Below are positions 24,781 through 36,145 of a DNA stretch of 64,000 nucleotides, in pieces. The position numbers were made by a program, and so were the translations under genes. The notes beneath the pieces are model-generated. The model searched no databases, had not been told where the DNA came from, and worked only from the letters and a program-made list of their open reading frames with translations. How positions within the stretch are numbered: the first letter of the stretch is position 1; every line of letters begins with the position of its first letter. This DNA is from Phoronis australis (lineage: Eukaryota > Animalia > Phoronida). The DNA lies in the NCBI GenBank assembly GCA_002633005.1, contig NMRA01000017.1, positions 1,698,295 through 1,762,294 on the forward strand. The letters are read 5' to 3'.

Positions 24781-25199
24781 CAGATCATGTTTGAGTCAAA
24801 TACTGGAATAAAAACTTACAAAAATTAGCGACATTGCGTCCACATCTCATGGACTTCAGCCTGGCATGTGACGTTATCGTTATTCTGGCCAATTGGTGGC
24901 CTTTTGGCCAAACGGCAAGCATTGACGTCAGTACACCATCCCATTCGTGTGACAAATCGAATCTTAAACCACCTCCTTTATTTACAGACGGGCTCTCAAT
25001 GCGCTCAACGCCGCAGTGAGAAACCCAACATGAGAGGGGGGGGNGGGGGGGGGGGGGGGTGTTCCCAACAAGAGGGCCAAAAACACTGGAAACATGTTTA
25101 TCGATGCTGTAAGTTACTGATCCACAGCTGCTGACAATCGCCGAACTGGAATGGGGTGGGGCTTGAGTATCTTTGGCAAGTCGTAGAACGCGGGAACAG

Positions 25200-27600
25200 T
25201 AGGTTCACTGGGAGGGAATATCACTGATATCACCTTCTGATGTAGAGAGTTCAATAAACCCGTGGGTGGGGTTACAGTTTATAGATCTGTAAGTTGCAGC
25301 ATCATTAAGTAAATCTAGACACTTACATGTATTCTCGTAGTCATTCCTATTCAGAACACAAACACATTTACCCTTATCTGCAGGCAGAATGACGATGTTA
25401 TTGTCTTTCCTAAAATTTACCAAGGACTTTCGCTCATCACTACTTAAATTAGATTTAAAAGAGAATGCCACCCGATTTAATTAGTCTTTTTTGCCGTCAT
25501 AATCGGTCTATATCCACATCGCATCGCATACAGTCGACCTTACCTTGCCAAGAGGTGTCGCGTTAACCTGTGAGGAACGTGAGAAACGACGCTAGCGACG
25601 TCAGTGGTTCATATGCAGAGTGAATGCTGCTATGTTGCGGTGCATCGCTCCCGCTTGTCCGAACTAAGCAGCTGCGAGGAAAGCGGGTATATCATTTTTT
25701 TTTACTTCCTCGAGAGTCCGACACGCTAAGGAAGTGGCTCATGGTAGTGAAGAATGAAATGTATGCTGTAAATAGCAAGTATGAGGCTGTGAAACATCTC
25801 CGTGTCTGTGGCCTGCAGACGTCGTCGAAAGTGCCTGACAAATGCCGGCTTACCAAATAACTCCATACGTTCCATTGTCTGAGCTTGTTCACGGCGCCTC
25901 TCTAGTATTTCTTCATCACTGTATTCCTGTTCGAATTGATAGCCTGTAAAACTTAACGGTCCACCTGCGAAGTCAGGACTGATGAGCTCTAGCTCGTCCT
26001 AAGTCGGGCCTGCGAGTTGCCATGTTGGCGTTATTTACTGAGCGTTCTGTTTCAAAATGAATTATTCTCACCCTAACCAATACTTTTATAAAAGTGAAAC
26101 AAAGTATGTCTCATAAGATGTAATTTGTAATGCCTTTGGAGTGTTAGTGAGGGCAAATGATTTGAGAAGCCAGCAATGAATAAATCACTGCGTTACCGGC
26201 TTTAGGTGCAATAAAACTAATTTAAGGGACACCAAGGCCGTGTGAGCTCATGCTAATTTATAGTGTTTGCTGGCAGAAACTGTTGTGAAACAACTCGATT
26301 TCCATCCCACAGCCAGGTGTTAGGGGAATCTTTATTTACATTTACATTACTCAAATAATGATTGTCAATGTACAACGTCTGCCCTGACGGTGCTCTGGCA
26401 GAAGCGGAACCTGAATTCGCGGCCCCCGACGAGTAAGTAGATTTGCAGTTTCGGGGCTAATTCACCAACATAATCACGTGCACATTACTTTGGCTCACAA
26501 GTATAATATTTTCTTGATTGGAAGTTTAGTTTGCACTGAACTTTGGCTGGTTTATGTTCGTGATGTCTGATCAGTTTCCAAGCCACTGGCCAGGATAACA
26601 AGCGTTTTGTGTTTAGAACTAAAAAAATCACAAGTCTAAACAATACAAATCTAGGGTCTCCTGTCTGTATCTCACGGAAAATACTTTGAAATTATCTCCG
26701 AACAGATCCCAAACTCCTGCTACGGACATTGGCCTGCCGCCGAACTTTGAAGGCTACGGAGTGTCCAACCAATAAATCCGTAAGAGCAAAATAAAACAAC
26801 ACATTTTGATAAGAACTCCGTGTATTTTTAAGTGTTTTACATCAAAGTTTGATGATTTATTGGTGTTAAACGATGACTTCAAGCGATAAGCTGACACCAG
26901 TAACCCGTGTTGTGAACTGCTGAACAGACTGCGTGTGAAACCGATGACGTCACTGGATAATTTCAACACCTCCGTCTGCCGTCAGGTGTCAGGTAACGCA
27001 ACTGTACGTGTCGTTATGGAGTAGAACTACTCGATCTAAATTGATACAAATTAGGTTGTTTTTTGGGTGGCATGCTCCTTTAATTGGTTTAGCGTTTTTG
27101 ATATTACTGCATACTCTCAGGTGGAGACCATCGGCCTGGGACTTGTCTAAACCTTTGCGCTTGATGGGTTCCTCAGTGGCAGATATTATCTCAAGAGTAG
27201 GAAGTTTGGTCAGAGTGACCATGTAGTTAAGACCCATGGACAAAAGAGAAGTTACACAGTCATTAAGCACACCATCCCATAGGTTTCTTACCTACGTCTC
27301 AGCGTAATTACTCTGTACAGCCTTGTTGGATTCACTTCTGTTTTTCTTTGAAATCAAAACATCAATTTCTATTATCTTTTCTTGGTTTTCTCGTGTTCAC
27401 AGAGTTGCACATGCATGACAAACTCGTGCACGCTGTCGTACAACGACGCAATAAATGTGGAATTGACAAATTCTTCTACAGGTGAAGTGAAAGTTGACAA
27501 GATGATAGTAGAGTCGATGTGCGTCCACTGCTTATAACTAATCATGTCGTCAAATTCAAGGTCCCTGTCATGGAGCTCTCGGATCAGATGGTCTTCCAGA
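25200..27600 (-). mobile_element. Penelope-like retroelement fragment, split by Kolobok copy 2
   Basis: Removing 25459-27079 and one TTAA joins ...LLSMGLNY...IKNAKPI|KSNLSSDERK...VILPADKGKCVCVLNRNDY in frame. The ADKG motif is typical of the Penelope RT N-terminus. Confidence 0.75.
25459..27079 (-). mobile_element. Kolobok-type element, copy 2 (inverted relative to copy 1)
   Basis: TTAA at 25455-25458 and 27080-27083, same TIRs. THAP-like ORF 25624-25860 (CC...FFLLP...LRKW...HLRVC). Confidence 0.8.
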
Positions 27601-27824
27601 GCATCTTTGCCTGTTCATGAATTGTGAAAACTAATGATTTTGGTATTTTAAGAACCATTTTAGTAGTCTAAATTTTAAAACTTGACAAGAACATTCTCAC
27701 AATACAACATAAAACCATTTCAAATATATTTTTAAAACCTACATTAAAGCTCAGTAACCCTTGAAGCACATTGATGCATGCAGTGAATGAGAATTACTTG
27801 TAATGTCCTTTGTGTGACACAAGA

Positions 27825-28069
27825 ATAATAAAAAAATAATTGCAGGTGGTCTGATACACGTTGTACCAGACTTGCGCAGGCCTCGCATGTGGGCCCATTG
27901 CACTGATCACCTGGAAATATTTTTATGCTTTATTAATATATGGTTAAAAACAAGCTAAGGAGCTAGAAACCTGGCTCAAGGGTGTAGCAGTGTGACCTGG
28001 TGGGACTTGAACCCACGACCTCGAGTAAAGAAAGCGGGCACTTATCAACCAGGCCACACTGCCTCCTCC
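27825..28069 (-). mobile_element. tRNA-derived SINE
   Basis: Minus-strand head with A box (TGGCCTGGTTG) and B box (GGTTCAAGTCC), an (ATT)-rich tail, and a 12-bp TSD TGTGACACAAGA at 27813-27824 and 28070-28081. Confidence 0.85.
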
Positions 28070-29894
28070 TGTGACACAAGATTTTCATGATGCATACAAA
28101 ATTCATCTTCATCAAAAAGCGACAATCCAGTTCTCCAGGACAGATGTTTCCTTTTTTCTAGATCGAAGTCTTTTATAAGAATGGCACCTTGTTTTCGGAT
28201 CAAATAGTATTACGTTTTATGACACGGACAGTCGAGGCGAATGTCAATCTTACATGGACTTGGCATGCTTTTAGTGGCTGTGTTAGAAAAGGAGTGATCT
28301 TCAACACTAGCCTGACTGCCTGACATGATGTGGAATGACACTAAGAGAAAATGATGCTATTGTTTTTGAATGGAAATGCTTTTGGTGTATCTTATTGGTT
28401 GCTATTTTCAGGATGATGAATCGCATTGGCTGTTACGTGTGCATTTCTCACTTGAAGCTTTCGTTTTTTCCTCATAAGGAGTTTTGTTGGTTATGACCTT
28501 ATGACCCCATCAAAGCCCCTGACAAAATTTAAGTAAACTTTGCAACCAATATGACATTGTCTTTTGGAATAAATTCTATAACCTGAGCCTGAAAATCACT
28601 ACTTCCATCTATATTATGACCTTGCTGCCATTGCGGATGAGAAAAGTTTATGAAAACCCTCGATATAAGAAAGGAGACGTTAAGCCATGAAGGAGTTTTA
28701 AACACAAAAATGTTTTTTGGTTTTATAATCTTCATACATGTTTCATCATGCGAGAAAAAATTCAATATCATTGTAAACTGCAGACATTGGTTTTTCGGGT
28801 GCCAAAAATGGCTGAAGAAACGCGTTACTTAACTGAAACTGCTTTTTAGTGCCACATAGCTTCAACATTGACCACCAAAATAAGTTATTACTTTTTACAG
28901 TTAACAGTAACAAGGAATATACTTAGTGACTGTTAAAGTGCTTTAATTTCTTTTATTCAAAATTCTGGAGCCAATCAAAAATCGAATTCGGGATTCACGA
29001 TCAGTTTTTTGGCATTTGGGGCCCATCAGTTAAGGTATGACATCAGCCAAGTGAACTCTGGTGATTGATTCTCACAGCCTGGCATCCAGTTAATTCATAC
29101 AAGCATTTTCAGAACAATCCAATGCTTAATTTTGAAGTGATAGGCCTCCAAAATCTGAAAAAATTGCAGTTTCAATTCGCGAGGTCAAAAATGGGCGTGG
29201 CACCCAATATTTTGAAGGGCCATATCTCAGAGACCTTTTGACTTACGTGGAAAAAAATTTGCAGGTAATCATTGTGTACTATGATTAACATCTCAGTAAA
29301 TTTTCAACCAATTCTGAGATGGTGACCTGACACCATCTGCCGGATTCATGTGGAATGACCCTATGGCCAGTTGTTGTCAATCTTAATTTGAACCAGTGAA
29401 GACCTTATTTACGACGACGCCTTTTTTACAAATCAGTCCTTATATTTTTAAACTGGTGGCGGGATTTTTAAACAGGAAGCTGGATTTTTAAACAGGACGC
29501 GCGACATTTAAACAGGACGCGCGCTCGGCCAAACAGGATGCTGTGACACGTTAAAAGTGAACGTGGAGAACACTGGACGGGTATCTTGAGGCTGTTTTCT
29601 GGGTCACATGCGACTAAGTCACTGGTAAGGGATTAAAGTGTTGTCGCAGAATTGCGACCACGCAGTAAGAGGGTTAAGATTCGATTTGTCACACACTGGG
29701 ATTGTGTACTGACGTCAATGCCGCGCCGTTTGGCCAAAACGCCATCAATTGGCCAGAATAGCGATAACGTCACAAGCCAAGCTGAAGTCCGTGAGATGCG
29801 GATGCAACGTCGCTAATTTTTGTAAGTTTTTATTCCAGTATTAGACTCAAACTTGATCTGTTTTTTCACTGGATGTCTCAAAATTTTCATGCTT

Positions 29895-30432
29895 TTATCA
29901 TCATATAAATACACTAGTTAACTAAATTTAGTAAAAATCCCTTGAACGGTTTAGGAGATACAGCCATAGGCGCAAAAAAAACAAAAAACTGCCACTAGGA
30001 GGTGCCACAGTAGTCAAAATCATCAAAAAATCAACATCAGCCGTCCACTTCATAGTTAGAACATAGGTGTCAATTTTCACAATCATCCTTTGAGCGGTTT
30101 GGTTGATAGAGGGCTAGACGCAAAAACAGCAAAAATGTCCACTAGGTGGCGCAAACTACGTTGAATCCATACGAAAATGGTAGGACAGCGTCATCTCACT
30201 AATAGGTGCCTATATACCAAATTTTACGAAAATCCGTTCAGGACTTTTGAAGATAGAGGTAAACAAAAAAACACTAAAATTGCCAGTAGGAGGCACACCG
30301 GAAGTTCATGCCGTCCCATCCACGAAAGGAACACGTGCAAAATTTCATGAACATATGCCAATGCAGTGGACGCTGGACACACGGAGATGACTGCAAATTG
30401 CGTCCAGATATAAATATGTGGGCGCATAAAAA
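29895..30432 (-). mobile_element. HINE family A, 5' half
   Basis: 5' hairpin end at about 30432 plus core monomers. Confidence 0.7.
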
Positions 30433-30637
30433 TTGGAAAGTTTCAAGGATATCTACTGAGGAGTTTTTGAAAACTAGTATTCCTAGGTTCAAATTTGATT
30501 GGTTTGCCAGACGAGAAAAAGCAGAAAACGTGGTAAGTCTTCAAAATCTTTTGCTTTTCGCAAGGCACAAGCAGACACCAATTCTTGAAACTTACATTTT
30601 TGACAAAAGGTTTTAACACAGTTGTGAAGCAACTTAC

Positions 30638-30687
30638 CCAGTAGCTGAACATGACTGGGACTGTCGATAATGCCTGTACAGAGACTC
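30638..30687 (-). CDS. ACMSD: ACMSD coding exon 3 (GVSVQALSTVPVMFSYW)
   Basis: Near-identical to vertebrate ACMSD; canonical splice sites. Confidence 0.95.
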
Positions 30688-31144
30688 CTAGCAAGACACA
30701 ATGAAACAAAATGTTAGTGAATGATTGCGGTGGTGTTTTCATATATTAGACAAATAAAAATGCACCATCGCAACCTTTAACCTACAAAAATGGAACAAAT
30801 AAGATAACTTCATTACAAACCAAGGAAGGTCACGAGAGCAAATCTGAAACCTGGAGCCAACTTGTTTCTCTGTAATTATGATACGTAACGCAAACAAAAC
30901 TGCTTAAGGAAGGTGTTTTATGGCTTGTGACTACCACTATGCTATGGAATACACAATATAAGACCACAAACAGGGGTTTTCAATATCTTTGACACAGTTT
31001 TCCTCATTGGGTACCATTAATAACAAGCAACATTAAAAGAGTCCGTTTTTATATTCCAACCACAAAGGCAGTGCAACAAACAAATGCTGCGGAAAAACGG
31101 TGAGGATGAACGTTCTGATGGTGAGCGTTCCATCAAACAAATAC

Positions 31145-31286
31145 CTGTGGCATTCATTTCTTGGATTCGTGTTTCAGGGTTCCAGCAATTTTCATCAATC
31201 ACACGAAACAGATGTCCATCTTTCATCATCTGAGCTTTACCTTGACAATGATGGTGTAACTGTATCCAGCCTCCATAACCATATCT
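31145..31286 (-). CDS. ACMSD: ACMSD coding exon 2 (RYGYGGWIQLHHHCQGKAQMMKDGHLFRVIDENCWNPETRIQEMNAT)
   Basis: Similarity to ACMSD; canonical splice sites; phase consistent. Confidence 0.95.
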
Positions 31287-31985
31287 CTGGAACCAAACTA
31301 AACTGTTAGTCTCTCGGTAACACTAGTGCACAAAGTCGCCAGATTTACTACAAGTGGCTGAAGGTAACATCGCAACTGCAATTGTTATGATATTTGGGTA
31401 CACAATATTACAAAAGTCTGTACAGTAGATAACAAAGAAACTTGAAAGGCCATGTCAAAAATTCATTGCGCATCTTAACGTGTTCCTTTTTCATTTAAGG
31501 TAAGTGATAATTCATTAGTGGAGATTGGGAAGAAACTTCAGCATTTGGGAATATTTTAAAAAATGTTGACCAAACCATTCCCTCTCAGTATTCAAGACAT
31601 ATTTGCAGAGCACCAGTTCCAAGACGAATTTGTCTAAGATGGACAACGGCTCTGATAATCCTCCCAAGGTGGGAGCTCCTCTGTAAGATTTAAGGGGAAT
31701 CTGCTGTCGAATCCAGTATGGATTTTGGTCAGTCAAGTACCACCCTGAGAACAATAGTCCCATGGCATCATCTTGGGTGTCGAAAATTGGGAAATATGAC
31801 TGGAAATATATTGTGTATTTTTGAGCGGATAATTTCGCCTGTGTCGAGCACTGGTGGGTATACCCTCTCAGGTACCAAGTATTGTCTATAAGATGTATTG
31901 TGGCTCTGTCTGTAGTACAAGGTCAGACGAGGTGAGGGTCCATTGCGGTATAAAGTTTTTCATTATTTGAAATTGTCTCAGATGT

Positions 31986-32124
31986 CATGCGCGCACCCAG
32001 GAATGAGCCCCCCCCCATTTGGCGAAGTGGGCAAAAAAGTCCGCCTCCAACATTTTTTTTTACCGGAAGGACCACAACGTCACGAGTTCGAGACCCCCCG
32101 TATTGAGGGCTAGGTGCGCACATG
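31986..32124. mobile_element. GC-rich MITE (CATGCGCGCACCCAG family), 5-bp TSD GATGT
   Basis: TIR as in 19880-20117. GATGT at 31981-31985 and 32125-32129. Confidence 0.85.
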
Positions 32125-32548
32125 GATGTGTATTTTTTCAGTTCCCCAAGTACTGTCTTGGTCTAAATTTTGCATGTGTAGAGACACCCTTCTATCCTTC
32201 TACCCATTATGCATTGTTCCACAGGTACATTTGCCAAAAGAATACCAATTAGAACAGAACAATATTGGCCAGCCATTTTATCATTAGGCAAATCTTATAA
32301 CAGGATTTGCACTTAAGTGGACAAAAAAGCGTGCAGTGTTTACCACGTAGAGTACCCAGTGCACATTAAAGGCTTCATGGCATTGTCACAGACTGAAGTG
32401 AGCTAGCTACTATTCAAGGGTTTGCATGAATGTGTTGGATGAGATGATTGCTGTCAAAAACTAACACGCCTGTTTAGCGTAAAAGTTTAAAACTCAAAAT
32501 CAAACAATAAGTAAAGGCAAATGACTTACCAAGAACGTTTTTAAAATT

Positions 32549-32850
32549 AACAAGAGCAACGCAGAGTGTTGAAATGTGCCAACGAATGAATCGCAAACAG
32601 TGTGCTTCTAGAGTTTATTTATATCATAAAAATGGCCACTAGATGGTGTAAAACGTCCAATCCATCTGAAAACAGAACATGCCATCGCTTCTTCAATAAA
32701 AAACTATATGCAAAATTTCCTAAAAATCTGACAAAAGAAAACAGAAACTGCCACTAGAGGGCACAGCGTCCGCTTGAAAGTCAACATCTATAGTTAGCTT
32801 CCTATGACACACTTACTAAATTAAATAAAGATCCGCCAGTGGGTTTAGGA
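32549..32850 (-). mobile_element. HINE family A, 3' fragment truncated by hAT-like end at ~32852
   Basis: aacaagagcaacgcagagtgttgaaatg 3' end plus monomers, then CACGGCTCAAC terminus. Confidence 0.65.
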
Positions 32851-32851
32851 G

Positions 32852-34632
32852 CACGGCTCAACGTTAACTTTCACTTTAACTTGTCAAGTCGGACAAGTAG
32901 AAATGAAATTTACTTGTCCTGACCTTGGCACTTGTCCAAAGGTAATTAAACTCAAATTATACTTTTTAAAGATATATGAATGTCGCACATTATACCCGTT
33001 ACTACAAGCTTAAAAAACAAGTGTTAGAGCATATAGTTCACAACATTTAAATTTTGTACAAATTTATTAAAGTGGGTATTTGTATTTGGATTTCGCCATT
33101 GAACACACTACAAGTTTACTCTGGCTTTTCACTTCAGTTATGTTTTTTATAAGCTGCTGAGTGCACAACCAACTGTTTGTGACTTTTCAAAGATTTGATC
33201 CTGAACGCATCTGACCCAGACGCAGGAGATATACTGCTTGCGTCGCCGTATTTTTCACACGAAACACAGCACATTTTATTTCTGGTCCCTATCATACCGT
33301 AACCAGTAAGTCTTCCTTCCATTTCAGAAGGAATTCATGCTTTCGTTTATTGGTTTCATACTATTTCTTGGTGGTTTCACGCCCTTTGGTTTGGTTACCA
33401 GTTGCAAGATTAGAACTCCTTGGCTTGAAACAGGGACTCATTAAGCGGCCGTCCTGGCCGTCTTTGGGACGGTCCTTTTAAAAAAATGACGGCTTTGGAT
33501 GGCACGGCCAAGATGGAAAAAAGACGGCCTGTTCAAGACAACCTCGGCGAAAATGAAGGCTAAACGAAGAATTTTAACATTTATTATTAATAAATTTTAT
33601 TGAAACCTACAATTCATTGTTTAAGTTCGGTAAATATTAAGAAATAACTCGACATTAAAAACTTTTGCCGTCTATTTTTACTATAAATGTCACAATGACG
33701 ATCGGCAAATACTGGCAGTCATCTTTGGGGAATACCTTCCTGTTCTGTGACGTCAAGGTGACTTTATACGGAATCCCCCGCACAACTAGTGTCGAGAAAT
33801 ATTGCATCCAGCGCTAACTACCCGTACATGGACACTTAATCTTTATGGCGGAAATGAAAACGTTGCAAATTTAAATTTTAATGTTGCATAATCCAAAAAA
33901 TCAGAGGTCGATAAACCAAGTTTTTTTAAAACACTTTCGGCGAAAGTCTAGCAGAAGATGCCCACTTTTTCAAAATTGCCATGAAGATATTAGGTCTAAC
34001 TATTCCATGCAGCATTATTTGACTGGTCTTGGGCTAATTATCGTTTTATGGCCTGGTCATCCATTCAGCCAAAAGTAGTTCCGTAGCCTGATAAGAGTGA
34101 AGGTGGATTAATGTGGTGTTCCTATAGTTTCTTGTGGTAGTGGATGTGTTCAGGACATGCTCGGGATCACGACGCCATTGTATCATGCACTACAGGCCGT
34201 TGGAAGTCTGTTACTTCAATTCCTCAATCTATCTTTTAACTGAAATGCTTGAAGTCTGACGTCAGTGTAGATCCGTGGGGTAAACACCGCCCTCCGTGCA
34301 GTAAGCAACAAATCAAGACTTTTCAACAATTTCGCTTTTAACCGCCGAAGGCAAAAGGCAGACCCTATTTGTAGATTCCCAATTTCACTTGCTGTAAGAT
34401 ATGGACCGGTCTTCAACCTTACCCCCCTTTTTCTTCGTTTCGGGCTAGTCCACAAATTCCTTTGTGCACGACCAAACAAGGTGATCTCTTGTCTAGACGC
34501 ATCGCGCGAGGGGTGACATCTACTGAATCGGTAGGAGCATTTGCGCTCTGAAAATTCGCTCGCCAGCTGGGCAACCGGAAAGACAATTTCTACTCGCCCA
34601 GCACCATTTTTACTCGCATTGGCGACAGGGCG
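32852..34632. mobile_element. Cluster of hAT-like fragments including ZNF862/TTF-type zinc-finger relic (33134-33322, minus)
   Basis: Termini CACGGCTCAAC, CAGGGACTCATT (about 33431) and ...TATCCCTG. ORF MCCVSCEKY...GSDAFRIKSLKSH..VVH. Confidence 0.5.
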
Positions 34633-34794
34633 AGTGGCTAAGTATATCCCTGTTGTCTAAGGACGGAGGATGCTCAAACGGAAGGTTTTATGAGTTAACT
34701 TTAAATTGGGTTTAGGCTATCGCATTCAGCCCAGCCCCAGTCATAGAAACTCAGAAACTGAGAAATAGTCAGCAATCACCCGTTGGGAACGTAC

Positions 34795-34851
34795 CTGCTT
34801 TAAATCTGGCCAACTTTCTGGCAATATGTGACAGTGCATGTCAATCTTCAT
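34795..34851 (-). CDS. ACMSD: ACMSD coding exon 1 (MKIDMHCHILPESWPDLKQ)
   Basis: ATG plus the HxH metal-binding motif of the amidohydrolase ACMSD. GT donor at 34794-34793. Not in the supplied ORF track. Confidence 0.95.
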
Positions 34852-35511
34852 TTTGTCGAATCATAGATAGGCCTACTCGTTATCTATAGTCTATGGTCGA
34901 ATCAGGCAAGTCAGGAAATTCATATGAGAACACTCCACTACGAAGAGCACATCGTTGTTAACTTGCTTTGTCGTTCCCCGCGCTTTTACCTCTCTAAGGG
35001 AATAGTTCACTTTAAGGGGTTTTGGCTTGAGCGAACGGAGCATGGTCTCTATTCTAGATGTTACCGAAGCGATATAAGCAATGAAAACCAACAAAAAGGT
35101 GCTCCATTCAGTGTTTCCAATAACAAAGTCAAATATTCTTGATAATTTCAAAATACGTTGTCCAAACAAATATGCTCACCCCTGTGATGTAAACAGGCTC
35201 AACGCATGGACTTTTTGATATTTAAAAAACAGATATTTTTACAAATACTTTACTTTTCTGAAAACAGTTATTAATTTGTTGTTGATTTATGTCACAAGTG
35301 AGCTATATTTCGTCAGTTGCTCTAGGTTTAGAAACATATCAAAGTTTTATGACCTGTATGCTAGTGAAGTTCTCTCGAATCAGGAGTATAAGGGGTAGGG
35401 GGCGGTGTTCGTGACTTGAGTCTGTGACGCTGTTCGCTGTTCTTCAATATTTAGTAGTTTGTTTTTGTCACAAATAGACCTGTGGTTTTAGATCGAGACT
35501 ATCCTGCCGAC
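34852..35511. promoter_or_regulatory. Putative bidirectional promoter / 5' UTR region between ACMSD and SH3BP5-like gene
   Basis: Divergent ATGs 660 bp apart. TATAAG followed by a GGGGCGG GC-box near 35386-35405. No obvious repeats. Confidence 0.55.
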
Positions 35512-35547
35512 ATGGACAGTGACGAAGAGTTAGATCCTAGAATTCAG
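35512..35547 (+). CDS. SH3BP5: SH3BP5/SH3BP5L (Sab/parcas family) coding exon (MDSDEELDPRIQ)
   Basis: EELDPRIQ is the conserved start of the SH3BP5 domain, followed by GTAGG donor. The start codon could lie further upstream because an AG acceptor-like site exists at about 35490. Confidence 0.8.
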
Positions 35548-35979
35548 GTAGGCTATAGTATAATTCTTCAAAGTCGTGTTGTTCCGAGCAGTGTCAGTTT
35601 TAGATAGTGACCACCAGCGTATGACCACCATCTCTAGCAGGCAATATAGACAATATAGACGGTGAAGCAGTTAAGAGCCTCATACGCCGCAAGATTTTCG
35701 GCGAATTGTGCCTCACACTCTGATTAAAAAACCAAAAGCACTTGTGACTTTTGCACACGGAGGGGCCACTTTATGAGGCCGTTGATGTCTTTAATTCCGC
35801 GAAAAGGTTCAAAATAGACAACACCAGTGACGGATTTAGAGGGGGGGGGGGGGGGAGGGGGCNCCCCCCCTTAAAATTCTCCCAGATTCCATTTGGCAGT
35901 TCAGGGGTGCGAATGTCTGACGGTCAAAATCCTGGCTAATACTCTGCCCTAGCTCCTCTGACTCAAAAGCCCATTACTC

Positions 35980-36145
35980 CGGGCGTTTTCCCGTTGCTCC
36001 CAACTTGTTCAATTCTATAGCTAAACAACAAGTTCGGAAGTTAACCCCTGTAGCGAATATCTTACACGACTGATTAACTCCATTCTGGCATTTATGGTTG
36101 GAGGGAGCTTCTTTTTTGTTTGGTAATTGCTCTAATCTCCAATAA
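35980..36145 (+). repeat. Dispersed repeat family C fragment (also 57450-60484 and inverted 62268-62785)
   Basis: Shared aatatcttacacgactgattaactccattctggcatt. Confidence 0.8.

Noticed and set aside
25970-26015. CTGATGAG hammerhead-ribozyme-like core near a Penelope fragment
   Set aside because: No properly placed GAAA or stems. It is the antisense of the Kolobok KolX coding start (ELISPD).
27980-28069. Possible tRNA gene
   Set aside because: No complete cloverleaf or terminator. Body, tail and TSD indicate a SINE.
34891-35169. Short overlapping ORFs in the intergenic spacer
   Set aside because: No recognisable homology; consistent with chance ORFs in promoter/UTR sequence.
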